64,000 bases of DNA from Marsupella aquatica (Eukaryota > Plantae > Marchantiophyta), in contig OZ316897.1 of NCBI GenBank assembly GCA_973895155.1, positions 13,577,375-13,641,374 on the forward strand, in the 5' to 3' direction. Positions 24,342 to 37,132 of the stretch are shown here, in pieces. The notes under the pieces were generated by a model. The model was given only the letters and a program-made list of their open reading frames with translations. It did not search any database and was not told the DNA's origin. The position numbers and the translations under genes are program-made. Each line of letters opens with the position of its first letter. The stretch's first letter is position 1.

Positions 24342-25924
24342 ATGGCACCGTGGAATTGTGAGGCTGAGGCTGCCTGCTCCGGCAGGCTGGTGGCAGTTGC
24401 TGGCGTGTGGAATGTTGTGGGCCAATGGGTCATTCGCCGGCTTTTGGAGAAGGGCTACACAGTTCGTTCTGCTCTCTCAGCCAGACCTGGTAAGAACTTG
24501 TTGTGAAATGTGTAACGTTAACGCCATGCGCAACATTGAACAGACATGTACAGAATATTTCTGCTCTGTGATATTTGCCCGATTTGTTTCTCGTTGAGGG
24601 CGGAAGCTTGATATCGTAGAGGTCCTTCGAGATTGTGATAGTTGTGATCCTAGCAATAGCCTCAAACCAATACAGAACTCGGATATCTTTTTATTTGGAA
24701 TGCTTTCCTCTGGTCGTAATTTATTCTTCTGGAAGTCGGAAATGTCCTTGCCTTCCCACTGTTGTTTGAAATCAATGCCAATTCTTTTGTCACTTCTGAT
24801 GCTGTCAACAACTTCTGATACTTTGATGCAGAGGAAGCAGCGGAGCTAATGGCTCTTGTAGGTGCTGAGGAAAATCTTCAGTTGACGGCAGCTGATCTTA
24901 TGGACTATGGTGACCTCACGAGGGCATTCCAAGGCTGCTCTGCGGTGTTTCTTACTACTCCTTCCGCAGACTCGCTCAACGGACTCAAAGAATACCCTGT
25001 AAGCATCTCCGGCCTCACCAACGTGGTAAAGCTTTGAAATGAAACAGAAGATTTGGGTGAGGTTGAGCTGACAGTCTGTTTGATTTGTACTTTTTCTGGT
25101 TGGCAGGCGGAGATGATAGAGAGTGAAGTTCGCAGTACGTTGAACGTGGTGGAGGCATGCGCTAATACGAGCTCTGTGAAGAGATTGATCCTGACATCGT
25201 GCGCCTCGACAATTGTGTTCGATTCGCACAGCATCAAAGGTGGGAAGGTGGTTGACGAGCGTTGCTGGAGTAACTTGGACTTTTGCCGAGAAAACAAGCT
25301 GTGGGGGGCAGTTTGCAAGACATCGGCAGAGAGAGCTGCATGGGCTCTCGCACGGGATAGAGGACTAGACCTGGTGGTCATCAACCCTGCTACTGTCGTT
25401 GGTCCTGCATTTGCCAATGCAACACCAAATGCCTTGATATCTCATCTGAAAGAGGGAAGGCAAAGTGCAGTCATGGCATACGCTCATGTTGATGAAGTTG
25501 CTGATGCACATATCAGGGCCATGGAAAATCAAGATGCTGCTGGTCGATTTTTGGTTTTTCATCGCCTCCTCTCGAAGAAGGAGTCTAGTGAAGTTCAGAA
25601 ATCATATACCAATTCTGCCAGGTAGCTAGACTACCCTTCTCTGTGCATCATCCACAGTTCTAAGCACTGAAACAGCGTATGTGCAAGATAAAGAGGTCAA
25701 AGACATGGCATGCGTGCGAAAAGTTTCAATTTATGGGAATGCGTGTCTCTCTGGTATTTGTAATGAATTCAAGCAAAACTTTCTAAATACAAAGTCAATC
25801 GCATGATTAGATGCAGTATAGCTCAACTAAATGTTCATATTTTGACGTGTGCAGAGTATTGGAGTCCTGGAGGTGCATACCACTCTCAAATCAAAAGGTT
25901 CAAAGCTTGGAAACAAGTGTATGA
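24342..25924 (+). CDS. Cinnamoyl-CoA reductase-like (SNL6-like) extended SDR; 4 exons 24342-24489, 24832-24998, 25107-25621, 25855-25924; 299 aa
   Basis: Motifs RRLLEKGYTVRS, ADLMDYGDLTRAFQGCSAVF, NVVEACANTSSVKRLILTS, VDERCWSNLDFCRENKLW, DLVVINPATVVGP and VDEVADAHIRAME. GT-AG junctions give a continuous 900-nt frame. Confidence 0.9.
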
Positions 25925-26225
25925 GATGTAGTTCTGCAACTCCCCATTGGCAGGAGTATTAGCAGCTAGATTTTTAGAATAATGTACAGCGCCTGCAATT
26001 GGCAGACATTTGCTTTGGAGAAAAAACATGAGAGGATAAAAAAATTTGGAGTTGCATACCACTCCCAAACCAGAAGGGTCAAAGTTGGAAACAAGCGTAT
26101 GAGATATACTTCTGCAACTCCCCTTGACAGGACTATTAGCAGCTAGATGTTAGAATAATGTACAGTGCCTGCAAAAGGCAGAACGTTTGTGATGCAGAAA
26201 AAATGTGAAAGGATCGGAAATTTGA
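25868..26225 (+). repeat. ~178-bp tandem duplication of the CCR-like last exon and 3' UTR
   Basis: tgcataccactc.caaa.ca.aag.gt.caaag.ttggaaacaag.gtatgagat.ta.ttctgcaactcccc...ttagcagctagat occurs at ~25874 and ~26052. Confidence 0.85.
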
Positions 26226-28212
26226 TGTACTCGTGAACATGTACACGTAGAATCCATTCACAAAACATTAGAAGCCCCGAAGGAATTGTTGATAGATTAG
26301 AGCCATGAATAAACTGGGGATCCGATTTTGGAAATCTATACACAGCTCGTCAAAGGTTCTTTCGGAAAGTGTTTTTAGGCCTCACTCAGCACACCACCTT
26401 GTCCTCATCTAACGTTTGCAACATTTTGTGATTATCTGTTGATCCATCGCATGTGGAGCAGCAGCTTAAAAGCCGGGCAATGTAATCATCTCAAGATATA
26501 TCCCAATCCTCTCAGACATTTTCGCCGAATTTTTTGGGGACGACTATTAATTCCATATTGGTGGTCGAATGTTGTGCAAACACCTTGAATTGATCTCTTA
26601 AATCAATCAATTATGAGATCATATTACATGACAATTGTCCTCGGGGACATGTTGAGGCGAGGATGACGTGCACTCTCAATTCGGCTTCTGCACGGATCAG
26701 CATATCTGAAACCAATAAAATGCAGATGAACTTGATTGTGCCTGCGCCACGCGAGTGCAGCAAGTGGCTGGCATGCCCTAAAGCAAAGCGCTCAAAATAT
26801 GTTTTTTGGTGGTATCAAAGACACTCAACCAGACGTCTAAGTCACGTATCATGTCATTTCAAGCGGCGGAACAGGCTGCTACATTTCCAAGGCTGCAATT
26901 AGCTCAGAGAGCTGCCACATGGATCAATCCTTTCCCTACAATGAATCATGCAATTAATCTAGCACTCGGGCCAGAACAGAACAGGCAACTGATTGTTCAT
27001 TGGAAATCACAGGTAAAACATAGCCAAATTCCTTGCAACCCCCTGTTAATTTTGTGAGAAAGATTTGAGAAATTACTATTTTGTCATTGTTGTCAATTTA
27101 CATTTAGTCTGCGACCTTCTCATGTGGCCAATTTGATAAAAGCTGGAAAAACCTATGCTGTTGTCTTGATAGATTGGGATCAACATGGAATTTTATCAAA
27201 TACAGCTCTCTGTTCTACTGTTCTTTGCATCGTTCTTCCATTCGACAGAAATGCAGAAAGTGCCAGGAAAGGGCTGCAGGTGTTCTATTTAGGGACGATC
27301 GTAAATTTGTATGCTGGATGCTGACTCGCGCCTTTGCAGAATACCCAACAGTCCTCCCGCACAGTGCCAGATCTTTTTCTCGGGAATGTGGTTCCGAACA
27401 TCCTACAGCCAGCTCAAAACTTTCTTCCACATTCCCAGTTCCTCTAGATAAGAGAATGATGGCGGAGAATCAAACTACGGTAAGGTCCGCTTGTGTAAAG
27501 AATACTGACGTCATTGAAACGACTGCGTCGTATTAATTTTCAACATCTACTCGTGATCTAGCCGAACCCAAGTACGTCGGCAACAAGTTAGCCGTGTCCT
27601 TCATTCACGCGAGGTAAGCGTTGTCTTACAGACTGTCCATTCGATTCAACAAATGTCCTGCAATGCAATGACAAAAACAGTTCACAGACAGTTGTTGCAT
27701 GGTTGATGCGTGAATTTATCATTCTACCGTTTCTACAGCGTTGACCTTACCTTGTTGCCTCGACATATAACATCTTCTAAGCGTACAGTAAGAGCTGAAA
27801 ATGATGCTTTCCAAAATTCTACAAGCATTTGATCGACTGGCATCTGTTAAGCCCGGAATTGTTTTCGAGACAGCTCTCTCATTTTGTTGAACAATTTCTT
27901 GCGCATAGTATCCGAGAAACTTTAAGAGACCGGAGCCCCGACCGAAGCTATGTGTCTCGAAGTAGACCACTGAGCCTTGCAACGATCGCACTTGGCCTCC
28001 TGTCGCAAATTATTATTCATCTCCAGTGAAATCATTGGTTCTATAGTCCGCTTTGGAGTGTAACAATGAGGCTGAGCATCGCCAGTGGCCCGCTTATCAC
28101 TTAACATCCTCAGCTGCCAGTCCGTTAGCATAGCTAGAAAGGCTTTCGTGCATTCGATTTAAGCTCTTATGCCAGATATCAGAGATCAAGTGTCGCAAGT
28201 GGCGACTAAATT

Positions 28213-28464
28213 CTACTGAGTAAAACGTCGCTCCTTGATGCGTACATATAGCGGATTGCTCATGACGACGGTGACCTCCAGGTGCTCAGACAAATACACA
28301 TCCTCTCCAGGTTTCACATTGTTCCGTTCGAAAGTTTGGACGAGGCGCGTAAGTATGAGGTGGACATGCTTCAATCCCAAATTCATGGCTGGGCAGATTC
28401 GCTTGCCGGCTCCGAAGGGGATGAAGTTCAGACTGAGAGTACCATGAGAGCCGGTCATGTCCAA
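28213..28464 (-). pseudogene. C-terminal fragment of a cytochrome P450 (CYP77/CYP89-like)
   Basis: DMTG...FIPFGAGKRICPAMNLGLKHVHLILTRLVQTFE is the heme-binding loop. No ExxR or PERF motif and no upstream P450 exons were recognisable. Confidence 0.8.
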
Positions 28465-29287
28465 CAGGACCCAACAGTAGAACGACAGGAGCGGTCCATA
28501 GAGGCGTGGATATTTGATTCAAGAAGCCTGAACTAGCTGGCTCCATGTCTGGTTCCACCATGACTACTCCCAGCCAATCTCAATCTAAATTGACGTTCTT
28601 CGTCCCACTCTGATTGTGCTTGATCCAGAGGACCAGCTCCGACTTCAACACCTGGAACCCAGAAGCAACTCAACGTACGAATGCCCAGACGGCTGTTCAC
28701 ACGCAACTGAACTCTCCTCTTCTATAAATCTCACGAAAAGCACCAGTCCAAGTTATCCAAACGGTAAGCAGATACAATAATAGACACTCGATTAAAATCT
28801 TAAACAGCAGCGATTCACAGATGGAATTAAGAGACTTGCACATCCTAGCTGTCAATTTTAAAGAAGAGGAATGATCGAGGAGGAGTACTCGGGTACAGAT
28901 GGGCTAATGATACGGAGCTATGTCCCCCTTTATGGGGGCCTGCAAGAGTGCAAGAGTGCAAGACCAGCGGATGGGAACCCCAGTGGCACTCGAGGACCCG
29001 TCGTGTGCATCCGACCGACGAAAAGGGGTCGGTGATAAAGCTTCCCCTGACCTTTTTTGACCTCGCCGTCGTCACTGGCCTTGTACCCAAAGCTGAGACG
29101 ACGACAAATTCTATTTGCCAAGTCAGCTCAAATGTCAGTGTAGTGGTTCACATTGCATGGTCTGCAGGTCTCCTACTCTACGAGCGAAAGTACAACCTGA
29201 TTACATACGCAGCAAACTTTAGACTTTGTATATCTCCACATGACCGTCCGCTATTACAGAATCAAAGCATATGGACTAAAAAATTTG

Positions 29288-29412
29288 TGTCTCCTAATGC
29301 ACATCAAAATGATAATACACTGAAATTTTGGTATTTCCTAATGCACGTCAAAATGTGATAATACACTAAAATTTTGGTGTCTCCTAATGCACTTCAAAAT
29401 GTGATAATACAC
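29288..29412. repeat. Tandem repeat, ~45-bp unit x3
   Basis: tcctaatgcac.tcaaaat(gt)gataatacac repeated three times. Confidence 0.85.
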
Positions 29413-32400
29413 AGTGCTATGTGTAGTATCATGATAAGAAGTGACTAAGTACACCATATATTGTCACATTTACATGTGCAATACTTTGGGCAAATCTTTT
29501 GTAGCCCAAAGTCAAGAACCTCAACTCTATTGAGCATTATTGGTGCCATTATAAGTGACATGGCAGCACAACCCTAAGTCACAATATCAATTGATGATAA
29601 ATGAGTAATAAATTGGGTTTATTATGGTATGAAGTAACATAGTATCATATTTTGATGTGCAATCCCGATTTAATCTGACGGGCACCTTGACGCCTTGTCG
29701 GGCACGTCAAATTGTCAAATGACAGCCCAAAAATTACCAATTTGACGGATATTTGATAAGATTCTCCCGAACTCACCCGAACCTGGATCCCCCGCCCCCC
29801 CCCCCCCCCACTACTCCTGAGCCCGGGTGCCAGGTTGCCGGGCAAGGTCAAACCGGGTGTGCAATCAACTGGATTCTAAATTTTGCTTGCCCGAGATCAA
29901 GATGCTCAGCGCTACTGAGCATTATTGGTGCCATGGCAGCATCACCCCTAAGCTAGTAGAACTGAACATAGACGGCTGGGCCCCGCTGCATTCACCTCAT
30001 TCACCTGAAGAGGACCACAACCGAGCCGGATAGATTTTGTTGCTCCCACTCGAGTTCTTGTACATTTGGGATAGTACAGGATTTTTGTCCCACAACGGAA
30101 TCTAGCGATCTGCTTCCTTTACAACTGAAATCAAGGTTCCCAACCTGCTTCACCTTCAGTAGGCTGAACTACGGTGTACTTCGTTTCACCAAGAACGCGG
30201 ATGGTTACACTTGATCAGTCGTCTTCGCATCGGTGTGATCGTCAATTTGTCACTATTGTTCTTGTTGATATTGTCTCGAGCAGGAAGGGGCAAAAAATGG
30301 GTGACGAAGAAGGCTCCGGCCGCCAGAAGCGTTGACGGGATCGCTCAGTTGCGGTACTAGCTGGAGCAGATCCTTGGTCATTGTATCTGTGACCACTCTC
30401 CGGCATAACTGCAGCGCAGGTCGGCAAGGATTGAATGCGGTGCACGCTCATTCGATCATGCCGATTCATAGACTGCTATGACAAGGTACATCGCCTTGCG
30501 TAGATCGTGGTTCTTCCAGTGCTGTGTGAACTATCTATGCCCTGCGCGCGGAGAAATCAAGGCTATGGGTACGAGCCGAGACGAAACGACAGATGGTAAC
30601 TCATATATAAATGAGCTCCCAGTGCTTTCCGACCGACCGAGGCAACGCATTCGCAGGGAGCCGGAGGGCTTGCATGTGTCTTGTTTACTCGATCAAGAGT
30701 CAATCTCATCGATCTCAGCCAAAGAGTGAGTTGTTGTGGAATTTGTGTGACTCCCAGAATAGCCCCTGGATTAGTAAGGTGTCTCGAACCAGCTCATTTG
30801 GAGGCTTCCTGTGGCCGAAATGTTGGGGCAGGGTCACGGACCAAAAATAAGCAGTTCTCGCAAAAGGTGACCCTCACTAACTCGGGCGAACTCGGGCTAT
30901 CACCACACCAAGGTTCACACCAATATATGCTTCAGCACTCTTCAAAAATTGTTTATGCCCTTTGAGAATTGTCAGTAACCATTCTGAAATTGTAGGCGCC
31001 CAGTGACCCGCTGGAGCATGTTGAAACCCATCTCAAACCTGAAACCTTGTGGATTAAGTTGGCCTGAGAGTCTTTCCACATAGATTTTTTAGAAAGCACG
31101 ACTGACCGGAAAAAACCGGGAGATAGCAAGTTTGAGACACCCTAGTGGAGTAGTCCTGTGATCAAGTCCTGTGATCCTGGTAATGACAATAAAAACCATA
31201 AACTTAGTAAACAAAAGTATGAGGAGACTTAAAACAGGTGTCCATGTCCTAAGCATAATTTCTTTCTTCTTCATTAGAAGAGATAGAATCTTTCTCCATT
31301 GGCAGAATTTTAGTCAAATTTGCTATACTTGCTTGAATGCACTGCATTGAATCTAAATGTACTGGGAAAAGAAAGGTGTCAAAATAATTAACTAAGATGA
31401 TGTTCCCATGGACCACAATGTTGGTCTTTGAAAACTCCCATGGACCACATTTCCCAAAATTTGAGTTTAATTGTAAGAACTTCTTGATGTAAATAAATTC
31501 AAAAAATTTTAGTTTTGAGGATGTGCTAGAAATGTAGGTAAGCTACACTTCCATCAAAGTGACAGACAGTGAATTTTTGGCCTTTTTTGTTGAGTTATCC
31601 ATCATGGAATGCGGAGGGGTAAATTCTATTAGATTAATTTAATGTTAACATGAAGTATTTGGGCTTGAGTATTTTAAGCTCTCTTCCATCTCTAGTTGCC
31701 TTGCATGTGCAAAACTAATTTTTTTAGGGACTCCTTATCATCAAGGTATGAGCCCAAAAATCAGATGGACCACCAAAATGTGACCACTAGAGATGGTGGC
31801 TCATCCAATGCATGCAAGCTTCATTTTCATAGTCAAGAGAATTTAATAAATGCACTTCATAATTTTTCCTCTGTATTTTCACGATATTATGGGAACATAA
31901 TGCCCTGTCAAGATCTGGATCACCTCTTTAGGAAGATTCTTCTGTACTTTGTTGATTAAAGACGACACCCCGGAAGTAGTTAACACAGAGAAATACACGG
32001 ATGTAGACACAGCTGGGGTGAATTAAGTACCTATTTTTATGTCAAATACTTTTTTGTTGGATGGTTATGGGCTTGTCCTTGTGAATGTTATCCTTGCTCA
32101 ACTACTTCTATTTTAAGTTGGAAGAAATGAAAATATCTAAGACAAGTGTAGTAAGGTCCTGTCCCTAGAGCATTGTGGGCAATCATAGCCTCTCAAAACT
32201 CAAGCTGACCACCTAACACAAAGACATTTGGACCAGTCAATAGGCCTCTCGATCCATCCAATTTAGCTACAGTCTACCATGTATATGTGCATCCTTTGCT
32301 TAATTGCTGGCCGGTTGTGTAGTCCCCTAATATTACAGTGCTTTCCTTTGTAGCATGCACCCTGTGTAAGTGCAGATCAACCCTCAGTAAATGAAAAGTA

Positions 32401-32576
32401 TATAAGTGCATTTCCTGCTGTAAGTGACTGTACACATGCATTTCTCAGTTACAATGCATACATAAGAAGCATTTCTTGATAGGTGACATAGCTGCATGCA
32501 ATTACATAAAGTAATTTCATGCACTTGTCCAGTTGAATTGTGTATTATGCAGGTTCAGGTCCTAAACTGTATAGCA

Positions 32577-33212
32577 CTAGGTTTGTGCATTTGAGGGGAT
32601 GCCAAAGAAAGTAGTTGGCCTTCCAAGAAGTGTGTCATGGTCATCTAAGTCAACATCACGCCTGAGATGGTGCATTTTCCATCGATCCACACCAGCCACA
32701 TGTTCTGTCCGTCCAAATGGCACATCACTTGATACTTTGAAATTTCTGTGCTCCACTTTAGTGTAACTCTTATTGTGGAAATGGTTTATTCGTTCTTTCT
32801 TTCCCTTCCAAGCTTCCAATCTGCCCTTACAAACCCTGACATCCCAATCTGTTCTAGTTTGGAACTTCACCCTTGCTCGATTTCCATGGTCTCCATTAGT
32901 CAATGAATCCACCCTCCATCCTTTCTCCAATTCTTTGGATATGTCTTCAGAATTTCTGTCCCTCGAGTACTTCCCACAACATCTTACCCGCTTGCCAGAC
33001 TCAAGCCATTTTCTGTTTATATCCTCAGAAATGTTCTTAAAGTTATCTAGCCTAGGTCGTGCATTTGCACAAACTCCACATTCATCAGAGTTCCATTTCC
33101 ACTTCAAATAGTTTGCAATGTTGTCAAAATAGGCTGTGTGGTAGTGAGTGCCCCGGTAATCTTTTATCCTAGTGTATGCCTTAGGATTTCGTGTATCCCT
33201 GAAATCTCTCAT
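32577..33212 (-). CDS. Hypothetical 211-aa ORF, possibly the terminal exon of a larger gene
   Basis: A long ORF with globular-looking, W/C/H-rich composition in otherwise AT-rich, ORF-poor DNA. No family confidently recognised. Confidence 0.45.
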   Translation of the reverse strand: MRDFRDTRNPKAYTRIKDYRGTHYHTAYFDNIANYLKWKWNSDECGVCANARPRLDNFKNISEDINRKWLESGKRVRCCGKYSRDRNSEDISKELEKGWRVDSLTNGDHGNRARVKFQTRTDWDVRVCKGRLEAWKGKKERINHFHNKSYTKVEHRNFKVSSDVPFGRTEHVAGVDRWKMHHLRRDVDLDDHDTLLGRPTTFFGIPSNAQT

Positions 33213-35827
33213 CTTGATACACTTTTAATAATGCTATTGTATCTCCTTCATTTGAATTGAGGGTATAAATAAGGTCAATTTCAGAGAATTATCTAGCCAA
33301 AGACCAAAGGATTCACATACACCTTGATCATTGCAAGTGTTAGGATGGGCAAGTTTCAAATTTAATGGATTTCCAATATTAAGCAAGTTAGTCAAATTGG
33401 GCATATTAAGTGCACAGCAATTTGATACTCTGCATGATATATTATGGATCATGTGTTGTACTTTAAAATGAGATTAGTTCCACGTTGACTGGAAAGCGGC
33501 TTGCAAGGAAGTCTTGTGGTCTCCAATAACATTAACCAGCAGTTTTGTAGAATGATTAAAGATGGCATGATAAACACCACTCATTCATATAAGCAACAGT
33601 ACAAACCTATTTTTCATGAATTGATGTCTAGTTCTGATGTAACATGGTACCTTTCTTTAAATATGTAAAGTAACTGTGGGAAGATTGCCATATCTATAAT
33701 ATTATGTATATATCATCACTGACACTATTTGTGCATGTGCTGTGACTCTAAAATAATGGGATTTGAAGCTAGGCTGCCAAGACACTCACTTCCTTCAATA
33801 GAAAGCAACAACTCGGTGATTACTCTATAATGTGATGATATAATTAGGGCCGGGATTAGGGCACAATAAATACAACAACAATGAGAAAACAAAAGTTCAC
33901 AGGGCAACTTTTTGTGCTCTTCATTTTATTATTCAGGACAAATTTTGTACCCTAGTCTGCTCCCAAATTGTTCCCATCCAATCACTGCTTAGAGGTTTCA
34001 TTCTAGATGTAGGGCTTGAATTGGAAAGTGCATTTCCATATATAATGTATTATGGTCGGCACAAGTTAGTCTCCTGTCCTTGTTGTCTTGAGTTCATTTC
34101 ATACTACCCTATCATGAAGTTTTGTTCTGATTATTGAATTAATTAAGGCATAGTTCTTAAAGTTTCATCAATTTTTAGTCATCTATGAGTCAACATTTTT
34201 CTAAACATACAGTCTTTACCATTCATATGAATACAAACATGCTTGCTGAATGATGCTAATTTGTTTCTGTCATATCCCACTTATACTGGTTTGGAAGGTT
34301 TAGTTTCTTCCATTGAGGCTTCCATTGAGGCTTTGGACTACTTGAAATTGTGCCCTTGATAGGCAACTTTGAATAGCTATTGGGCACCTACCTACTCAGT
34401 CGGTTTTAAACTTAATGTCGTCTCCCTCAATTGTATCTAATTTTCTTGATGTGCCTCTTGAGGATCATTTTTTCCATTCTTGAAGGGACACTAAGATCAG
34501 AAGTCCTAATTATCACTTGCACAAAAAGCTCTTTCCAGGCTGTCAGAAAATCATTCAGTCAACTTATCATGTTGACTTTTTTTAATTTTTTAATTTATTT
34601 ATTGGGGGGGGGGGGGGGCAGCAAGATCACTTAGTTGTAACCTGTACTCTGGACCAAGTGTGATGGTCTCTCAAAGACCATAATGCATGCTTTCCATTTC
34701 CTTCCCAAAATAATTTGAATATTCATTTGTTTGGGTTGTCAATATAGAAATTATGCGAAGATCGATGAACAGACCACAGTCTGATACTACCTGATAACTA
34801 GGCCCAGTGAATATCAAGGCCTGGCAAGCATGTCTAAGTTTCAATCAGCAAATGTTGGCCATGACAATTCTTACATTATTTAGCTTACCCATTGCCAACT
34901 ATTGAAATGATTGTTTTAAACACCGCTCATTCATTTGCCCCATTTGCAGCCCAAAGATCATCTCTAGTTAGAGTGTACAAAACAGTACATTACCTTTCTT
35001 TATATTTTAAAGTTGAATTCTTTTTTCCTTCAATTATGTTTTTCCTTGGGTTTTTTAATGTTGTAGTTTTATGGGGAGTTTTATAATATGATTTGCAAAG
35101 TTCTTATATACCTGGTTGGTTTGGGTGCTCCAGCTTACCCTTGTGGTTTTTGAGAATTGTTTGATAAAAGCCTCGTACCCATCTTGGTACACAGACTGCT
35201 CACCCATATTTTCTTTCAGCTTTTAAGTACATTGCCACTGGGATTGCCACTAAAGATGTTTGAATTCACAAACCTGTCACTGTTTTATTTGCATTTACAA
35301 ATATGTCATGGTTTTGGTATATAACCTTGGTTACCTTGGTGAAATTGTCATCCATATACTAAATCTTGGCATATTTGTCAGTACAAAAGAAATCATGACA
35401 ATCTTGTCAATTAGAACAGTGGCAAAGTACTTAAAATATTTTTTTCCTTTATTCCCCAAGGGACCAAGATGGCAATTGATCTCCCATTCCAGGAGCAGTA
35501 TTGAAAACATTAGTCCTACATCTTTCCTGATGAAATATTTTAAGCTGTCAGATATTCTCAGATTGCAGGATCACCGTCAGATCAAGCAAATAGCTCAAGT
35601 CGCTTTCTGGGACATGGAGAAGATCCATGCTCACCATGATCATGATCATGGTGAATTTTCTAGGTTTGATTCTTTGGCCCCACTCCCAGGTCCAAATGCA
35701 AGCATTCACACCTAAAAAGGCTTCCCTGCCCCTCCAATATGCACTCAAGCCACGGCTAGAACCCTTGACTCCATGAGATGCCTCATAAAGAGGTGATGAA
35801 ATACAAGTGTAAGCTTGGATGGGAACT

Positions 35828-36763
35828 CTATCCAAACCTTTGAACTTGGATGGGATCTAAAAAGTCCTTTGCATGAAAGTCAAAATTCTGTTCCCCTTTA
35901 TTCATGCCAGCTCGGTTAAAATGCATGTTTTCAAAATCCAACCAAAAAACCATTTTCTGCCTAGATCCCGTACAAGTTATTACAAATCCTATTATGAAGC
36001 TAAAATTATGAAGTTGTTATATGGTGAATTCACATTTCATAATTTGTCTTATTCAGATTTTTGTGTCATGTATTTTCATTTCAATCTGCCTTATCAAGGG
36101 GCAGCCTTTGTATTCTATACATTTTTAATTAATCTTTAGACCCTTTAGTTTTAGGTATTCTAGAGTGTTTTGAATTTATTTTGGCAGCCCCCTTTCAGAG
36201 TGTGTGTTTTTTTAGAAACCAAAGGCTCCACCACCACGAGTGAGAGAAATGATGCTGAAGAACATGAATGCATGGCCTCTTAAGTTCTCCTCATGTTTTT
36301 CTTTCTTAGGTTTATGGTTTTTATTGAAATGAGTGTCATTCATAAGGCACCCTGAGTTGAGTGCACACATTGTAGCATTGTTTGACTGTACTTTTTCTTG
36401 GTCACTGTGCTTTTCTTGGTAGAAACTTTACTTATATAACAGCACTTCTATGCTCTCATATTTTATTTACTTTCAGATCACTACAAGACAAAAAAAATAA
36501 AGCATGTTCCAAGATGAGCATGCTATATAACAAAAGGTTTGAGAGGGAGATCCCACCCTTAATATTTAACATGAAATCCTTGACCATTGAGGAAAAGCTC
36601 TCAAGCTCTAAGCCCACATAGGATCCCCATCCCAATGTTTTTTGTTTGGACAGGAGTTTGATGCTCACATGACACTATGAAAAAGTGGTAGCAGGGATTT
36701 AGAGCCTGACCATAGTATAAAGGGCTTCAGTAGATCCTATCCCAGTTCAAAGGTTTGGATGGA
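35828..36763. mobile_element. Candidate MITE-like element or inverted-repeat pair
   Basis: tccaaacctttgaacttggatgggatcta (~35831-35859) and tagatcctatcccagttcaaaggtttgga (~36731-36759) are near-perfect reverse complements around an AT-rich non-coding core. Confidence 0.45.
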
Positions 36764-36957
36764 GATCCAATCAGAGCTTTGACCCTGACTAATTATTTAT
36801 TGAGGAAACTCTCATCATCATGCAAAAGTCTCATACTGATTATAGATGAGCTTTCATGGGAAACTCATTTATTGTTGACTGTTGGGTCCCCCCATTGAAT
36901 GCTGCTCATAATCCCTATGGCTCAGAGAAGGCGAAGACATGGGTGTATGCCCTCAAG

Positions 36958-37132
36958 TTCCCAAAGGTTACCTAGGGTGTGCAGATCCACCTAAGTGTAG
37001 AGTTTACTTGACATATAGTTGCATTGGCAACTGTGGCTTAACAACTTTGCATTCCCAAAGGCTACCTAGGGTGCGCAAATCCACATAAGTGTAGAGTTTT
37101 AAATGACATATGGTTGCAGCCGCAACTATGGC
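36958..37132. repeat. ~93-bp tandem duplication
   Basis: ttcccaaagg.tacctagggtg.gca.atccac.taagtgtagagttt...tgacatat.gttgca occurs twice. Confidence 0.85.

Noticed and set aside
24905-25417. 170-aa minus-strand ORF
   Set aside because: It is the antisense shadow of the CCR-like exons.
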